Counted from the stretch's first letter, positions 1-10,344 are shown. The stretch is DNA of 64,000 nucleotides from Candidatus Nomurabacteria bacterium (GCA_026396065.1 JAPLXO010000008.1:1056-65055); one strand, 5' to 3'. Program-made: numbers and translations. Notes: a model not told the origin generated them from the letters alone.

Positions 1-91
1 ACAGACAGTCAAAACTTGGCTAACGAGAGACCAGCGTCAAGCGTCCCAACCTTCGGGTGGACGAAGATAGAGTCCTTCTTAGGTATAGAAG
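1..91 (+). ncRNA. 3' end of a group I intron in 23S rRNA (insertion site equivalent to E. coli L1931), truncated by window edge
   Basis: S-element-like AAGATAGAGTCC, P8-like cgtcc/ggacg and P9-like cttct/agaag hairpins, terminal G at 91 directly before conserved exon AGCGAAATACCTTGTCGGGTAAGTTCCGAC. Confidence 0.75.
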
Positions 92-653
92 AGCGAAATA
101 CCTTGTCGGGTAAGTTCCGACGCGCACGAATGGTGTAATGACTGGAAAACTGTCTCGGAGATCAGCTCGGTGAAAATACAATGCCGGTGAAGATGCCGGC
201 TAAGTGCAGTTAGACGAAAAGACCCTAGAAGCTTTACTATAGCTTGATATTGAGCATGTTTTTTTATTGCGTAGAATATACGGGAGGATTTGAAGCAGCG
301 ATTTCGGTTTCTGTGGATCCGACAGTGCAATACCGTACTCTAAAAGGGCATGTTCTAACCAAAACGGCAAAAACGTTTTGAGACAGTATCTGGTGGGTAG
401 TTTTACTGGGGCTGTACCCTCCTAAAAAGTAAAGGAGGGGTTTAAAGGTCAGCTAGGCGCGAATGGAAACCGTGCCGATAGTGTAATGGCACAAGCTGGC
501 TTGACTGTAAGAGGTACATCTCAAGCAGGTGGGAAACCAGAACATAGTGATCCGACCATTCGCAGTCGGCTCACCTTATCCTGGCGGTGGAGAAGCTGCC
601 AAAGGTTTGGCTGTTCGCCAATTAAAAAGGTACGCGAGCTGGGTTCAGACCGT

Positions 654-1015
654 ACAGAACCTCACCCGACCTCTCCGAATTTCGGAGAGGAGAAGTGAAT
701 TTTGTGCAATCTGAATCCTCAGAGGTAAATTTTTGTTTATGAAAAAAAATATTTTCGGGATTTTTTAAAATCCCAAAGTAAAGATAGAATCAATCACATC
801 ACGGCGGTCACGCGAAATTAATTCGAGTGATTAAAGTTGACTTATATCGGTGAAGTCCACCATTTGTCTTAATTGGCAAGCGACGGATAATACCGAGGGA
901 ACCCAAACGTAAAGTTTTGGACCCGTAGAGACTAATCGTCAACAGTTCTAACACATATCAGCTTCCGTTAGAATGAAGTTATAGTCCAATGCAACAAGTA
1001 ATTGTTGGTATCATG
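654..1015 (+). ncRNA. Group I intron at 23S position equivalent to E. coli L2593, 362 nt, no homing endonuclease ORF
   Basis: Exon sequence CAGACCGT^CGTGAGACAG is split; preceded by U, ends in G; R element GTAGAGACTA (~925) and S element GAAGTTATAGTCC (~975). Confidence 0.9.
659..690 (+). repeat. REP-like palindrome family A (CCTCACCC..CCTCTCC-loop-GGAGAGG), copy inside the intron
   Basis: acctcacccgacctctccgaatttcggagagg matches copies at 4271, 43901 and 44389. Confidence 0.7.
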
Positions 1016-1612
1016 CGTGAGACAGGTTGGTCTCCTATCTACTGCACTCGTTGATTCTTGAGAAGATTTGTTCCTAGTACGAGAGGACCGGAATGAACTA
1101 ACCTCTGGTGTACGAGCTGTCCTGCCAAGGGCACTGCTCGGTAGCTATGTTGGGAATGGATAACCTCTGAAAGCATCTAAGAGGGAAGCCAGCTTCAAGA
1201 TTAGGAATCGTTAAGAACCCTGAGAGATGATCAGGTTGATAGGCTTTAAGTGTAAGCGCAGCAATGCGTTCAGCTGAGAAGTACTAATGTTTCGATTCCT
1301 GTTAAGAAATTTGGAAATCACACTTCGATTTATTTCGAAGAAATTAAAAAAACAAAAACAAAAAATTTGAAATTCGAAAAGTGGAAAATAACAATTGTTG
1401 TTTTTTACAATTCATCCAAGGGGGATGAAGAATAATCAAGAAAGAATTAAAAAACTTTTGCAAGAACAACCTAACCCAAATCTACCCACTTGCTCTAGTA
1501 AATATTCTATTCTTTTGTATTATTTCTAACCCCTTACATTCGGAACGGTAAAAGAGTTAATCTACTTTCTTTACCTTCCACTTTCCGGATTTCAAATTGT
1601 TTCGAACCTTTT

Positions 1613-1722
<110 letters not shown>

Positions 1723-1873
1723 AAAATGTTTGAACATAAATATCCTTACTCACAAGCTGGAGTAGGCAGTCGCTAGGCGATTAGTAAATCGTACCGCGAG
1801 GAACAAAATGTTTGAAAGTCTCAATAAATAAAACCTAATTTATCAATCAGGTTTTTTGTGCTAAAATTATTCA

Positions 1874-2281
1874 GTGCTTCAAATAAATATTGGAATTAAT
1901 ATAATAATTGTGCGGGATAATAAACTTTTGCTTGGTAAACGCAAGGGTGCTTTTGGTGCTGGGGATTGGGGTTTACCTGGAGGGCATTTAGAACAAAATG
2001 AAAAATTGCAAGATGCAGCAGCCAGGGAATTATTTGAAGAAACAGGAATGAAGGCGGATAAGTTTATTTTTGAAAATTTAGTAAATCAACCAAGAATAGA
2101 GAATCATTATATGCAAATAGGTTTTATAGCAGAAGGTGTTAAGGGTGAACCGCAACTTCTAGAACCAGATCGTTGTGAAGAGTGGCGTTGGTTTGATTTA
2201 GAAAACTTACCAGAAAATGTCTTTCGTTCACATAGAGATCAAATAAATCTATTCAAGAAAAGAGAAAATTTCACTGAATAG
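1874..2281 (+). CDS. NUDIX hydrolase (MutT/NUDT15-like)
   Basis: Nudix box GGHLEQNEKLQDAAARELFEETG; EPDRCEEWRWF motif. Confidence 0.9.
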   Translation: MLQINIGINIIIVRDNKLLLGKRKGAFGAGDWGLPGGHLEQNEKLQDAAARELFEETGMKADKFIFENLVNQPRIENHYMQIGFIAEGVKGEPQLLEPDRCEEWRWFDLENLPENVFRSHRDQINLFKKRENFTE

Positions 2282-2353
2282 TATTCACACTATATTAGTC
2301 TTAGTATAAACAGATAAGTTAAAATTTTAGCTTTTTTGTGCTACAATAAAAAA

Positions 2354-3136
2354 ATGACTTGGGCATTAAAAAGACAAATCATTTATTTTTTAATATTTAT
2401 ATGTATTATAGGTATCTTTGGTTTCTGGATTTTATATCCACATTTTACACAGGCACCTACATGTAAAGACAATAAACAAAATGGCACCGAGACTGGTGTC
2501 GATTGTGGAGGTTCGTGTATACTCGCATGTCCATTTCAAGTAGATAACGTAGCAGTGCTTTGGGCACGATCTTTCCGTGTAGTTCCTGGCAAATACAATG
2601 CTGTAGCATATTTAGAAAATAAAAATAAAAATAATGCTGTTTATAAATTACATTACAAATTTAGATTTGCAGATAAAGATAATATTTTTATTGGCAATCG
2701 TGAAGGGGATACATATATTCCAACACAAGGTAAATTTGCTATTTTAGAACCTGCTATAGATGTAGGTAATTCAATACCAGTCTTTACTTCTTTTGAATTT
2801 ACCGAGAAACCAATATGGATACAAATTCCAGAAGAAAAAGTAAAGGAACTTCAAATACTTATTGGAGATATTTCTCTTTCAGGAGAAGACACAAATCCAT
2901 CAATGTCTACAACACTTAAAAACAATTCTTTGTTTAAAATTCCATCTGTTAAAGCTGTAGCTATTTTATATGATTCATCTGGTAATGCAGTGAATGCTAG
3001 TAGCACATTTATAGATTCAATAAGTGGTGGTGTCACTGTACCTATAACTTTTACTTGGCCAGAAGCCTTCTCTCAAAAAATAGTAGCAAAAGAGATACTA
3101 CCAATATTCAATATTTTTTCAGTGAAGTTTAATTAA
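2354..3136 (+). CDS. Membrane-anchored hypothetical protein with Cys-rich motif
   Basis: N-terminal TM helix, CKDNKQNGTETGVDCGGSC motif; ATG 6 nt after TACAAT. Confidence 0.7.
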   Translation: MTWALKRQIIYFLIFICIIGIFGFWILYPHFTQAPTCKDNKQNGTETGVDCGGSCILACPFQVDNVAVLWARSFRVVPGKYNAVAYLENKNKNNAVYKLHYKFRFADKDNIFIGNREGDTYIPTQGKFAILEPAIDVGNSIPVFTSFEFTEKPIWIQIPEEKVKELQILIGDISLSGEDTNPSMSTTLKNNSLFKIPSVKAVAILYDSSGNAVNASSTFIDSISGGVTVPITFTWPEAFSQKIVAKEILPIFNIFSVKFN

Positions 3137-3137
3137 T

Positions 3138-4271
3138 ATGGTTCGAGCTTTTTTTCTTAAAAAAATAGATTGGTTGCTCGTAGCTTTTGTTTTACCAATA
3201 ACACTTGCCGGGCTTTTCACTATGAAGTCTTTTGTACCATCTGAGAGTGAGGGTAATTTTTTTGGAAAACAAATAATTTGGCTAATAATTGCTCTTGCTA
3301 TTTTTTTTATATTTTCCTTTGTTGATTTCAGATTTTTAAAACGTACGAATATACTAGTATATCTTTTTTTGTTTTTTTCTGGAATTCTTTTACTTCTTTT
3401 TATTTTAGGTCATGTATCGAATGGAGCAAAGAGCTGGTTTTCTCTTGGTGGCTTCTCTTTTCAACCATCAGACATGATGAAGCTTGTAGTTGTTTTAATT
3501 TTAGCTAAATATTTTTCTCGTCGTCATGTTGAAATAGCAAATATTAGACATATATTTATTTCAGCTCTTTATGCTCTAGTACCATTCCTTTTGGTTTTTT
3601 TTCAGCCAGATTTCGGTTCAGCTATCATTATATTTTTTATATGGCTAGGTATGACTTTAGTTTCTGGAATTTCTAAAAAACATCTTTTGATGGTATTTAT
3701 TGGTGGAGTTGTTGCACTCGGAATATTATGGCTTTTTGTTTTTGCTCCATATCAGAAAGCTCGTATTGTAAACTTTATAAATCCAATGACAAATATTCAT
3801 GGTTCAGGATATAATGCTTTGCAGTCTACAATAGCTGTCGGGTCTGGGCAAATTTTTGGTAAAGGTCTTGGTTTTGGAACACAATCTAGACTAAAGTTTT
3901 TACCTGAATATCAGACAGACTTTATTTTTGCTGCTTTTGCGGAAGAGTGGGGTTTTGTTGGATCATTGCTACTGTTACTCTTGTTTGCTCTAGTAATATG
4001 GAGGATTTTGCGGATTGCCTATCATGGTGAATCAAATTTCGAAATGCTTTTTGGTATGGGCATTGCTATTTATTTCATGAGTCATATACTGATAAATGTA
4101 GGAATGAATATTGGTGTAATGCCTGTAACTGGGATTACTCTTCCATTTATGAGTTATGGTGGCTCACATCTTGTGACAGAGTTTGCTGCTCTCGGAATTC
4201 TTATGAGTATGCGTGGATACGGACGCCCAGCACATAGAGATGATATGAAGAATGAATTTTTAGGATTATGA
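3138..4271 (+). CDS. rodA: SEDS peptidoglycan polymerase RodA/FtsW
   Basis: FQPSD, QPDFGSA, GSGQIFGKG, LPEYQTDFIFA, LPFMSYGGS motifs. Confidence 0.9.
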   Translation: MVRAFFLKKIDWLLVAFVLPITLAGLFTMKSFVPSESEGNFFGKQIIWLIIALAIFFIFSFVDFRFLKRTNILVYLFLFFSGILLLLFILGHVSNGAKSWFSLGGFSFQPSDMMKLVVVLILAKYFSRRHVEIANIRHIFISALYALVPFLLVFFQPDFGSAIIIFFIWLGMTLVSGISKKHLLMVFIGGVVALGILWLFVFAPYQKARIVNFINPMTNIHGSGYNALQSTIAVGSGQIFGKGLGFGTQSRLKFLPEYQTDFIFAAFAEEWGFVGSLLLLLLFALVIWRILRIAYHGESNFEMLFGMGIAIYFMSHILINVGMNIGVMPVTGITLPFMSYGGSHLVTEFAALGILMSMRGYGRPAHRDDMKNEFLGL

Positions 4272-4307
4272 CCTCACCCCCGACCCCTCTCCTTATGAAG
4301 GAGAGGG
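4271..4307 (+). repeat. REP-like palindrome family A
   Basis: acctcacccccgacccctctccttatgaaggagaggg directly after the rodA stop. Confidence 0.7.
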
Positions 4308-4320
4308 TAGGAATAAAAAT

Positions 4321-5154
4321 ATGAATATTATAGATGGAAAAAAAATAAGAGATGAAATATTATTCAAGATAAAATCTGAAGTAGAGGTTTTACCATTTCA
4401 GCCAGTTTTTTGTGACGTGTTGGTGGGGGAAGACCCTGTATCAATGCAGTATGTAAAAATGAAAGATAAGACAGCACAGTCTGTAGGTATTAAATTTCAC
4501 AATGCTGTTTTTCCTGCTGATATTTCGACTGAAAATTTAATAAAAGAAATTGAGAGTTTAAATAAGTTACCAAATATGTGTGGAATTATTGTTCAGCTTC
4601 CTTTACCAAAATCTTTTGATACAAAAATTATTTTAAATGCTATTGATCCAAAGCTAGACGTAGATTGTTTAGGAGAAACAACAAGAGAAAATTTTTATAA
4701 TCAAAAGTCTTCTTTGTGTTCTCCGGCAGCTTTGGCTTGTATTACTTTATTGGATTCTTTGAATTTAGATTTAAATAACAAAAAAATAGTTGTCTTAGGA
4801 CAAGGGGAACTCGTAGGTAAACCAGCTTCAGCTTTGTTAAATTTTAGAAATATAAAACATAAAATTCTAACAAGTAAAAGTGAGAATAAAGAACAAATTT
4901 TAAAACAAGCAGATATTATAATTTCTGGTATTGGTAATGGAAAATATATAACGGGTGGTATGATAAAAGAAGGGGTAGTCATAATAGATGCTGGAACGAC
5001 AGAAGAAAATGGCGGAGTGATAGGGGATGTAGACTTTGAGTCCGTAAAAAATATAGCGGGTTTCGTGTCTCCTGTACCGGGTGGCGTAGGCCCTGTGACA
5101 ATATCGATGCTTCTTAATAATGTATTAACTGTAGCTAAATCAAATGTTGAATAA
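4321..5154 (+). CDS. folD: Bifunctional methylenetetrahydrofolate dehydrogenase/cyclohydrolase
   Basis: GIIVQLPLP, GDVDF, PVPGGVGPVT motifs. Confidence 0.95.
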   Translation: MNIIDGKKIRDEILFKIKSEVEVLPFQPVFCDVLVGEDPVSMQYVKMKDKTAQSVGIKFHNAVFPADISTENLIKEIESLNKLPNMCGIIVQLPLPKSFDTKIILNAIDPKLDVDCLGETTRENFYNQKSSLCSPAALACITLLDSLNLDLNNKKIVVLGQGELVGKPASALLNFRNIKHKILTSKSENKEQILKQADIIISGIGNGKYITGGMIKEGVVIIDAGTTEENGGVIGDVDFESVKNIAGFVSPVPGGVGPVTISMLLNNVLTVAKSNVE

Positions 5155-5701
5155 TCAAATATTTTTCTTTTTTTATAATTTTGCACATCAATCAAATACT
5201 TTTGACAAAGTCGTAGTTTTTTTTGCACAAACTTTTCCATATACAGTAATACTATTAGCTGTTTTGTTTTTGCTTTTTCATCACGACGCTTGGCCTAAAA
5301 AAGATGTTTTTGGAGAATTAAAAAGCTACTTAAGAAAGTGGAAAGAAATTATATTTGTATTTTTAGCTAGTGGTATTGGCTGGGTTTTAGCAGATATTTT
5401 AAAAATGATATTTAAGACACCTCGCCCTTTCAATGCTTTTCAAAATGTTTTCTCATTAATACCTGAAACTGGTTTTGCTTTTCCATCTCAGCATGCCGTC
5501 TTCTTTTCAGCACTCGCAGTTTCACTTTTCTTTTGTCATAAAAAAGTCGGTTATTGGTTTATCTTTTTTGCCCTCATAATCGGCATCACTCGCATTGTGG
5601 CCGGTGTTCATTTTCCTATAGATATTCTAGGGGGATTTATACTTGGAGCGCTTACAGCGATAGTGGTTAGAAAGTTTGCATTTTTTAGGAAAAATGTATA
5701 G
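5144..5701 (+). CDS. PAP2 family phosphatase (undecaprenyl-diphosphatase-like)
   Basis: KxxxxxPRP, FPSQH, TRIVAGVHFPIDI motifs. Confidence 0.9.
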   Translation: MLNNQIFFFFYNFAHQSNTFDKVVVFFAQTFPYTVILLAVLFLLFHHDAWPKKDVFGELKSYLRKWKEIIFVFLASGIGWVLADILKMIFKTPRPFNAFQNVFSLIPETGFAFPSQHAVFFSALAVSLFFCHKKVGYWFIFFALIIGITRIVAGVHFPIDILGGFILGALTAIVVRKFAFFRKNV

Positions 5702-5719
5702 AATAAGCGTTATAAATAT

Positions 5720-7108
5720 ATGTGGAAAAAGAGAGTTTTAGCTTTAATAATACTTGCACTTGGCTTTGGAGTCGCTACTTTCGTCTACAAATCTGAATAC
5801 AAAACAAATAAAAATTTTGGGCAAGCTTCACATTTCTTACAAAATCATCAATTTCACCTCGGTTTAGATCTTTCTGGTGGTACTCATTTAATATACAAAG
5901 CTGATGTTTCAGGTGTTCCAGCAGGGCAAATTTCAGATGCCATGGATTCACTCCGTGATGTCATAGAACGTCGTGTGAATCTTTTTGGAGTTTCAGAACC
6001 AGTCGTTCAAGTCGAAGATGGTAGTATCGTCGCACGTGGAGAAGAAAAATTAATTATTGATTTACCAGGAGTCACAGATGTAGAGAAAGCGACAAAAATG
6101 ATTGGAGAGACACCTCTTCTAGAATTTAAAACAGAAGCACCAAAAGGAACAGCCCAAACTGCCACAGTTGGGAAAGATGGAAAAGTTCAGATAGATATAA
6201 ATTCACAATATGTTTCCACAGATCTTACTGGTAGATATTTAAGTAAAGCTACTTTAGAATTTGATCAAAATACTCGTGAACCAAAAGTAAGCCTACAATT
6301 TGACGACACAGGTACAGCACTCTTTGCAAAAATTACAAAAGAAAATGTAGGAAAAACAGTAGCAATCTTTTTAGATGGTTCACCAATTTCGACTCCTGTG
6401 GTTCGTGAAGAAATTCCAAATGGTCAGGCTGTTATTTCTGGAAGTTTCACTCCGACAGAAGCAAAGCAACTTGTAGGCCGCTTAAATTCAGGAGCTTTGC
6501 CTGTTCCAATTTCATTACTTTCAAAGCAAACAATCGGTGGTTCACTTGGTTCTAGTGCTGTAAATGCTGGAGTAAAAGCAGGAATGTTCGGTTTTCTTAT
6601 CATAGCTTTATTTTTAATACTTTGGTACCGTTTACCAGGAATTATTTCTGTAATTTCTCTTGGAATTTATATTTCAATAATGCTCGCTTTGTTTAAATTA
6701 ATTCCTGTTACTTTGACAGCTGCTGGTATCGCTGGATTTATTATTTCTATTGGTATTGCTGTGGATGCAAACGTTCTTATTTTCGAACGTGTAAAAGAAG
6801 AGCTTCGTTTGGGTCATAGTGTTGCAGACGCTGTGAAGGGTGGTTTTGCTCATGCTTGGTTTTCAATTCGTGATTCAAATATTTCAAGTATAATTACTTC
6901 TTTGATTTTATTCTGGTTTGGAACTTCACTTATCAAAGGTTTTGCTTTGACTCTTGGCATGGGTGTTTTAATTTCAATGTTTTCTGCTATCACTATCACT
7001 CGCATATTCCTTTCATCGATTGACTTTGTTGGTAATGGTAAAGTTGCAAGATTTTTATTTAGTTCAGGTTTTGGTTCTGGTGAAAGTAAGCACAGTATAA
7101 ATAATTAA
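5720..7108 (+). CDS. secD: Protein translocase subunit SecD
   Basis: LGLDLSGG, GVSEP, SGALP, IAVDANVLIFER motifs. Confidence 0.95.
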   Translation: MWKKRVLALIILALGFGVATFVYKSEYKTNKNFGQASHFLQNHQFHLGLDLSGGTHLIYKADVSGVPAGQISDAMDSLRDVIERRVNLFGVSEPVVQVEDGSIVARGEEKLIIDLPGVTDVEKATKMIGETPLLEFKTEAPKGTAQTATVGKDGKVQIDINSQYVSTDLTGRYLSKATLEFDQNTREPKVSLQFDDTGTALFAKITKENVGKTVAIFLDGSPISTPVVREEIPNGQAVISGSFTPTEAKQLVGRLNSGALPVPISLLSKQTIGGSLGSSAVNAGVKAGMFGFLIIALFLILWYRLPGIISVISLGIYISIMLALFKLIPVTLTAAGIAGFIISIGIAVDANVLIFERVKEELRLGHSVADAVKGGFAHAWFSIRDSNISSIITSLILFWFGTSLIKGFALTLGMGVLISMFSAITITRIFLSSIDFVGNGKVARFLFSSGFGSGESKHSINN

Positions 7109-7114
7109 AATAAA

Positions 7115-8014
7115 ATGTTTATAATAAAATACAAAAAAATATTTATCAGTATATCAATAGCATTAGTTATTCTTTCTTTCGCATCTCTTTTTACTTTTGG
7201 TTTGAATTTTGGTATTGATTTCAAAGGTGGAGCTTTGATGGAAGTTACTTATAAAGATGTACGTCCAGCACAAACAGATTTAGATACTTCTTTAAAACCA
7301 CTTAATCTAGGTTCAATATTAATTCAGCCTACAGGTGATTTGGGTTATATAATAAAAACAAAAGATATCTCTGACATTGAACATTCTTCAATTCTTTCAG
7401 CTATTTCAGAAGGAGGTAAGAATGTTCCAGAAGAAAAGAGTTTTTCTTCTATAGGTCCATCAGTAGGAAAAGAACTTACACGTAAAGCAGTGCTAGCTAT
7501 TGTTTTAGTTTCTCTTGGGATTATTTTATTTATAGCTTATGCTTTTCGCAAGGTTTCCAAACCTGTTTCATCTTGGAGATATGGATTTATTGCTATTGTT
7601 ACACTTCTTCACGATGTGATGATTCCAGTTGGTTTATTTACAATTCTTTCACATTATTATGGTGCAGAAGTAGACACTTTATTTGTGGTAGCAATTTTGA
7701 CCGTGCTTGGTCTTTCTGTTTCTGACACTATTGTTGTGTTTGATCGTATTCGTGAAAATATAAAAAATAGAGCTTCTACTGATTTTCATGAAACTGTAGG
7801 TAAAAGTTTAGAGCAAGTTTATCCTCGATCAATCAATACTTCTCTTACTGTTATTTTAGTATTGCTTTGTCTTTTCTTCTTTGGTCCTAGTGCTACAAAA
7901 TACTTTTCTTTAATGATGATTGCCGGAATGTTTTTCGGAACTTATTCCTCAATTTTCCTAGCTTCACCATTACTCGTTTGGATTGAAGAATTTCAAAATA
8001 GAAATAAAAAATAG
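7115..8014 (+). CDS. secF: Protein translocase subunit SecF
   Basis: GIDFKGG, DTIVVFDRIREN, GTYSSIFLA; follows secD. Confidence 0.95.
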   Translation: MFIIKYKKIFISISIALVILSFASLFTFGLNFGIDFKGGALMEVTYKDVRPAQTDLDTSLKPLNLGSILIQPTGDLGYIIKTKDISDIEHSSILSAISEGGKNVPEEKSFSSIGPSVGKELTRKAVLAIVLVSLGIILFIAYAFRKVSKPVSSWRYGFIAIVTLLHDVMIPVGLFTILSHYYGAEVDTLFVVAILTVLGLSVSDTIVVFDRIRENIKNRASTDFHETVGKSLEQVYPRSINTSLTVILVLLCLFFFGPSATKYFSLMMIAGMFFGTYSSIFLASPLLVWIEEFQNRNKK

Positions 8015-8019
8015 ACTTA

Positions 8020-8047
8020 ATAAAATCCGCTTTATAGCGGATTTTAT
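8020..8047 (+). terminator. Intrinsic terminator after secF
   Basis: Hairpin ataaaatccgct/agcggattttat. Confidence 0.6.
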
Positions 8048-8086
8048 GTTATAATTAGTTTATTAATAAATAAACACAATAATCAT

Positions 8087-8638
8087 ATGATGTATCTACT
8101 TATCATTTTAGCCATTATCATTTTATGGGCCATTGTAGCTTTCAACAGTTTTGTTTCATTAAGAAATCGTGCGAAAGAAGCTTGGTCTGATATAGAAGTG
8201 CAATTAAAGCGCCGTTATGACCTTATACCAAATTTGGTGAATACAGTGAAAGGTTATGCTACTCACGAATCTAGCGCCTTTGAAAAGGTGACAGAAGCTC
8301 GTGCAAAGGCAATGAGTGGAGGTGGCACAAGTGAAGCTCATGCCCAAGCAGAAAATATGCTCACAGGAGCATTGAAATCAGTATTCGCTATTGCTGAAGC
8401 TTATCCAGAATTAAAAGCTAATACAAACTTTTTATCATTACAAGCTGAACTTTCAGATACAGAAAATAAAATCCAAGCATCACGAAGATTTTACAATGCC
8501 AATGTTCGTGAACTTAATACAAAGATAGAAATGTTTCCTAGTAGTATTATTGCAAAGATAGGTAATTTCTCTAAAATAGAATTCTTTGATATACCAGATG
8601 ATGGTGTCGAATCAAAGCCAGTGGAAGTTAAGTTTTAA
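8087..8638 (+). CDS. lemA: LemA family protein
   Basis: QLKRRYDLIPNLV, AEAYPELKAN, RRFYN motifs. Confidence 0.95.
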   Translation: MMYLLIILAIIILWAIVAFNSFVSLRNRAKEAWSDIEVQLKRRYDLIPNLVNTVKGYATHESSAFEKVTEARAKAMSGGGTSEAHAQAENMLTGALKSVFAIAEAYPELKANTNFLSLQAELSDTENKIQASRRFYNANVRELNTKIEMFPSSIIAKIGNFSKIEFFDIPDDGVESKPVEVKF

Positions 8639-8645
8639 AAAATAT

Positions 8646-9146
8646 ATGCAAAATAATTCAAAAATAAATATTATTTTATTAGTTTTTATTCTAGCATTGA
8701 GTCTTTTTGTTTTGTTTATGGAAAATAAAAACTCAAATATGCTAATGTCTATTTTAGATAAACAGACAGAGAGTTATGTGAAGCCTCAAAAAGCTACTGT
8801 AACAGAAAATCCACTACAAACAGCCAGTTCTGATTTAGTTTCTTTCTCTATTTCACCTAATACAAAAGTCCATGGGATATTATCATATCGTGGTGTTTTG
8901 CAAGGTGGATATTTTTTTGAGGGAAATGTATTAGTAAATATCTTAGATATAAATAAAAAAGTTTTAAAGTCTAGTAATGCTGTAGCAAAAAGTGAGTGGA
9001 TGACTTCTGGTCCCGTGAACTTCGAAGGAAATATTGATTTTACTGGTCTTCCTAAAGGTTCTGCATATTTTGAAATTCATAATGATAACCCTTCCGGTGA
9101 AGCTTCAAAAGATAAAAGTATTTTAATTCCTATAATCATTGAATAA
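8646..9146 (+). CDS. Membrane-anchored protein with Gmad2 immunoglobulin-like domain
   Basis: N-terminal TM; YFFEG...WMT..PV.F...DNPSG pattern. Confidence 0.7.
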   Translation: MQNNSKINIILLVFILALSLFVLFMENKNSNMLMSILDKQTESYVKPQKATVTENPLQTASSDLVSFSISPNTKVHGILSYRGVLQGGYFFEGNVLVNILDINKKVLKSSNAVAKSEWMTSGPVNFEGNIDFTGLPKGSAYFEIHNDNPSGEASKDKSILIPIIIE

Positions 9147-9149
9147 AAT

Positions 9150-9284
9150 ATGGACAAGAATAAATTTTGGTTTTTCGGTTCAAAATTAAATACTGCTCTA
9201 CTTCTTATTTTAATTGTGCTTACTGTAATTGCTATTAAAATAATGCTTCAAAATAAAGAAGTCTACTTACCATTTATTAAATAA
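9150..9284 (+). CDS. Small 44-aa single-TM protein (not in ORF track)
   Basis: ATG at 9150, MDKNKFWFFGSKLNTALLLILIVLTVIAIKIMLQNKEVYLPFIK*, packed tightly between neighbours. Confidence 0.5.
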   Translation: MDKNKFWFFGSKLNTALLLILIVLTVIAIKIMLQNKEVYLPFIK

Positions 9285-9286
9285 TA

Positions 9287-10174
9287 ATGGCAACGCTATA
9301 TACACAACAATCAAAAAATATAGAAAAGACATGGCTACTCATGGCTGTGTTTTTGGCTGTGGTTATTGGTGTGGGATATTTTCTTTCTTATTATTATCAA
9401 AATTCTGTGATACTTTATTTTGCAATTATTTTTGCAGTCGTGATGAACTTCGTTTCATATTTGTTTTCAGATAAAATCGTCACGAAGCTCGCCGGCGCAA
9501 AAGAAGTGAAAAGGGAAGAGTATTTTGATCTATATAATATTGTAGAAAATCTAGCTATCACTGCTGGGCTTCCAAAGCCGAAAATTTATATAATTACTGA
9601 TCCTGCACCAAACGCCTTTGCGACTGGGCGCAATCCTGCACACGCTGTGGTGTGTGTGACGACCGGTTTACTTTCAATTTTGGACAAGGCAGAGCTCGAA
9701 GGGGTCATTAGTCACGAGATTTCTCACATTGGGAATAACGACATTTTGCTTTCGACTGTCGCTGCTGTGCTCGTCGGTTTTATTTCTATTTTAGCAAATA
9801 TGTTTACCCATAGTTTATTTTTTGGTGGACGAAGAAGTAACGATCGAGAAGGGAATGGTAATGGAATAATCATGGCGATAGGAATTATTTTAATGATTTT
9901 GTCACCGATAATTGCGACACTTATTCAACTCGCTATTTCTCGCAAGCGTGAATATCTCGCTGATGCTTCGGGTGCACTGCTCACTCGTTATCCAGAAGGC
10001 CTAGCAAGTGCTCTACAAAAAATAGGTAATTATGCACAACCACTTGCTCATCAATCCGAAGCTATCGCTCATCTTTATATTGCTGACCCAAAAGGAAAAA
10101 CTTCTCGAATTAAAAATCTTTTCATGACACATCCACCGATTACAGACAGAATAAAAGCACTTTTAAATAAATAA
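9287..10174 (+). CDS. htpX: M48 zinc metalloprotease HtpX
   Basis: PNAFATG, HEISH, SRKREYLADA, THPP motifs; lemA-htpX synteny. Confidence 0.93.
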   Translation: MATLYTQQSKNIEKTWLLMAVFLAVVIGVGYFLSYYYQNSVILYFAIIFAVVMNFVSYLFSDKIVTKLAGAKEVKREEYFDLYNIVENLAITAGLPKPKIYIITDPAPNAFATGRNPAHAVVCVTTGLLSILDKAELEGVISHEISHIGNNDILLSTVAAVLVGFISILANMFTHSLFFGGRRSNDREGNGNGIIMAIGIILMILSPIIATLIQLAISRKREYLADASGALLTRYPEGLASALQKIGNYAQPLAHQSEAIAHLYIADPKGKTSRIKNLFMTHPPITDRIKALLNK

Positions 10175-10194
10175 GTTTATAGTTTGAAAAATTG

Positions 10195-10281
10195 CGGAGG
10201 GTGAGAGATTCGAACTCTCGGTGGGAGTAACCCCACACAGACTTTCCAGGTCTGCGCACTAGACCGCTATGCGAACCCTCC
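10195..10281 (-). tRNA. tRNA-Ser(GGA)
   Basis: Reverse complement folds as a cloverleaf with long variable arm; anticodon arm CAGAC-CT-GGA-AA-GTCTG; TTCGAAT T-loop. Confidence 0.95.
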
Positions 10282-10344
10282 AATAAAAGAGATACTAGCA
10301 GAAAAAGTCTTTAATTACTAGTAATTTTTTGTTATAATAAAAAT

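Larger units (their letters stand above)
92..1305 (+). rRNA. rrl: 23S rRNA, 3' portion (domains IV-VI), interrupted by intron 654-1015
   Basis: Conserved 23S motifs CCTTGTCGGGTAAGTTCCGAC, GGCTGTTCGCCA, GAGCTGGGTTCAGACCGT/CGTGAGACAG, sarcin-ricin loop CTAGTACGAGAGGACCG; 3' end approximate. Confidence 0.95.

Noticed and set aside
79-714. ORFs 79-330, 486-698 and 529-714
   Set aside because: They lie within 23S rRNA/intron sequence and have no LAGLIDADG or other protein motif.
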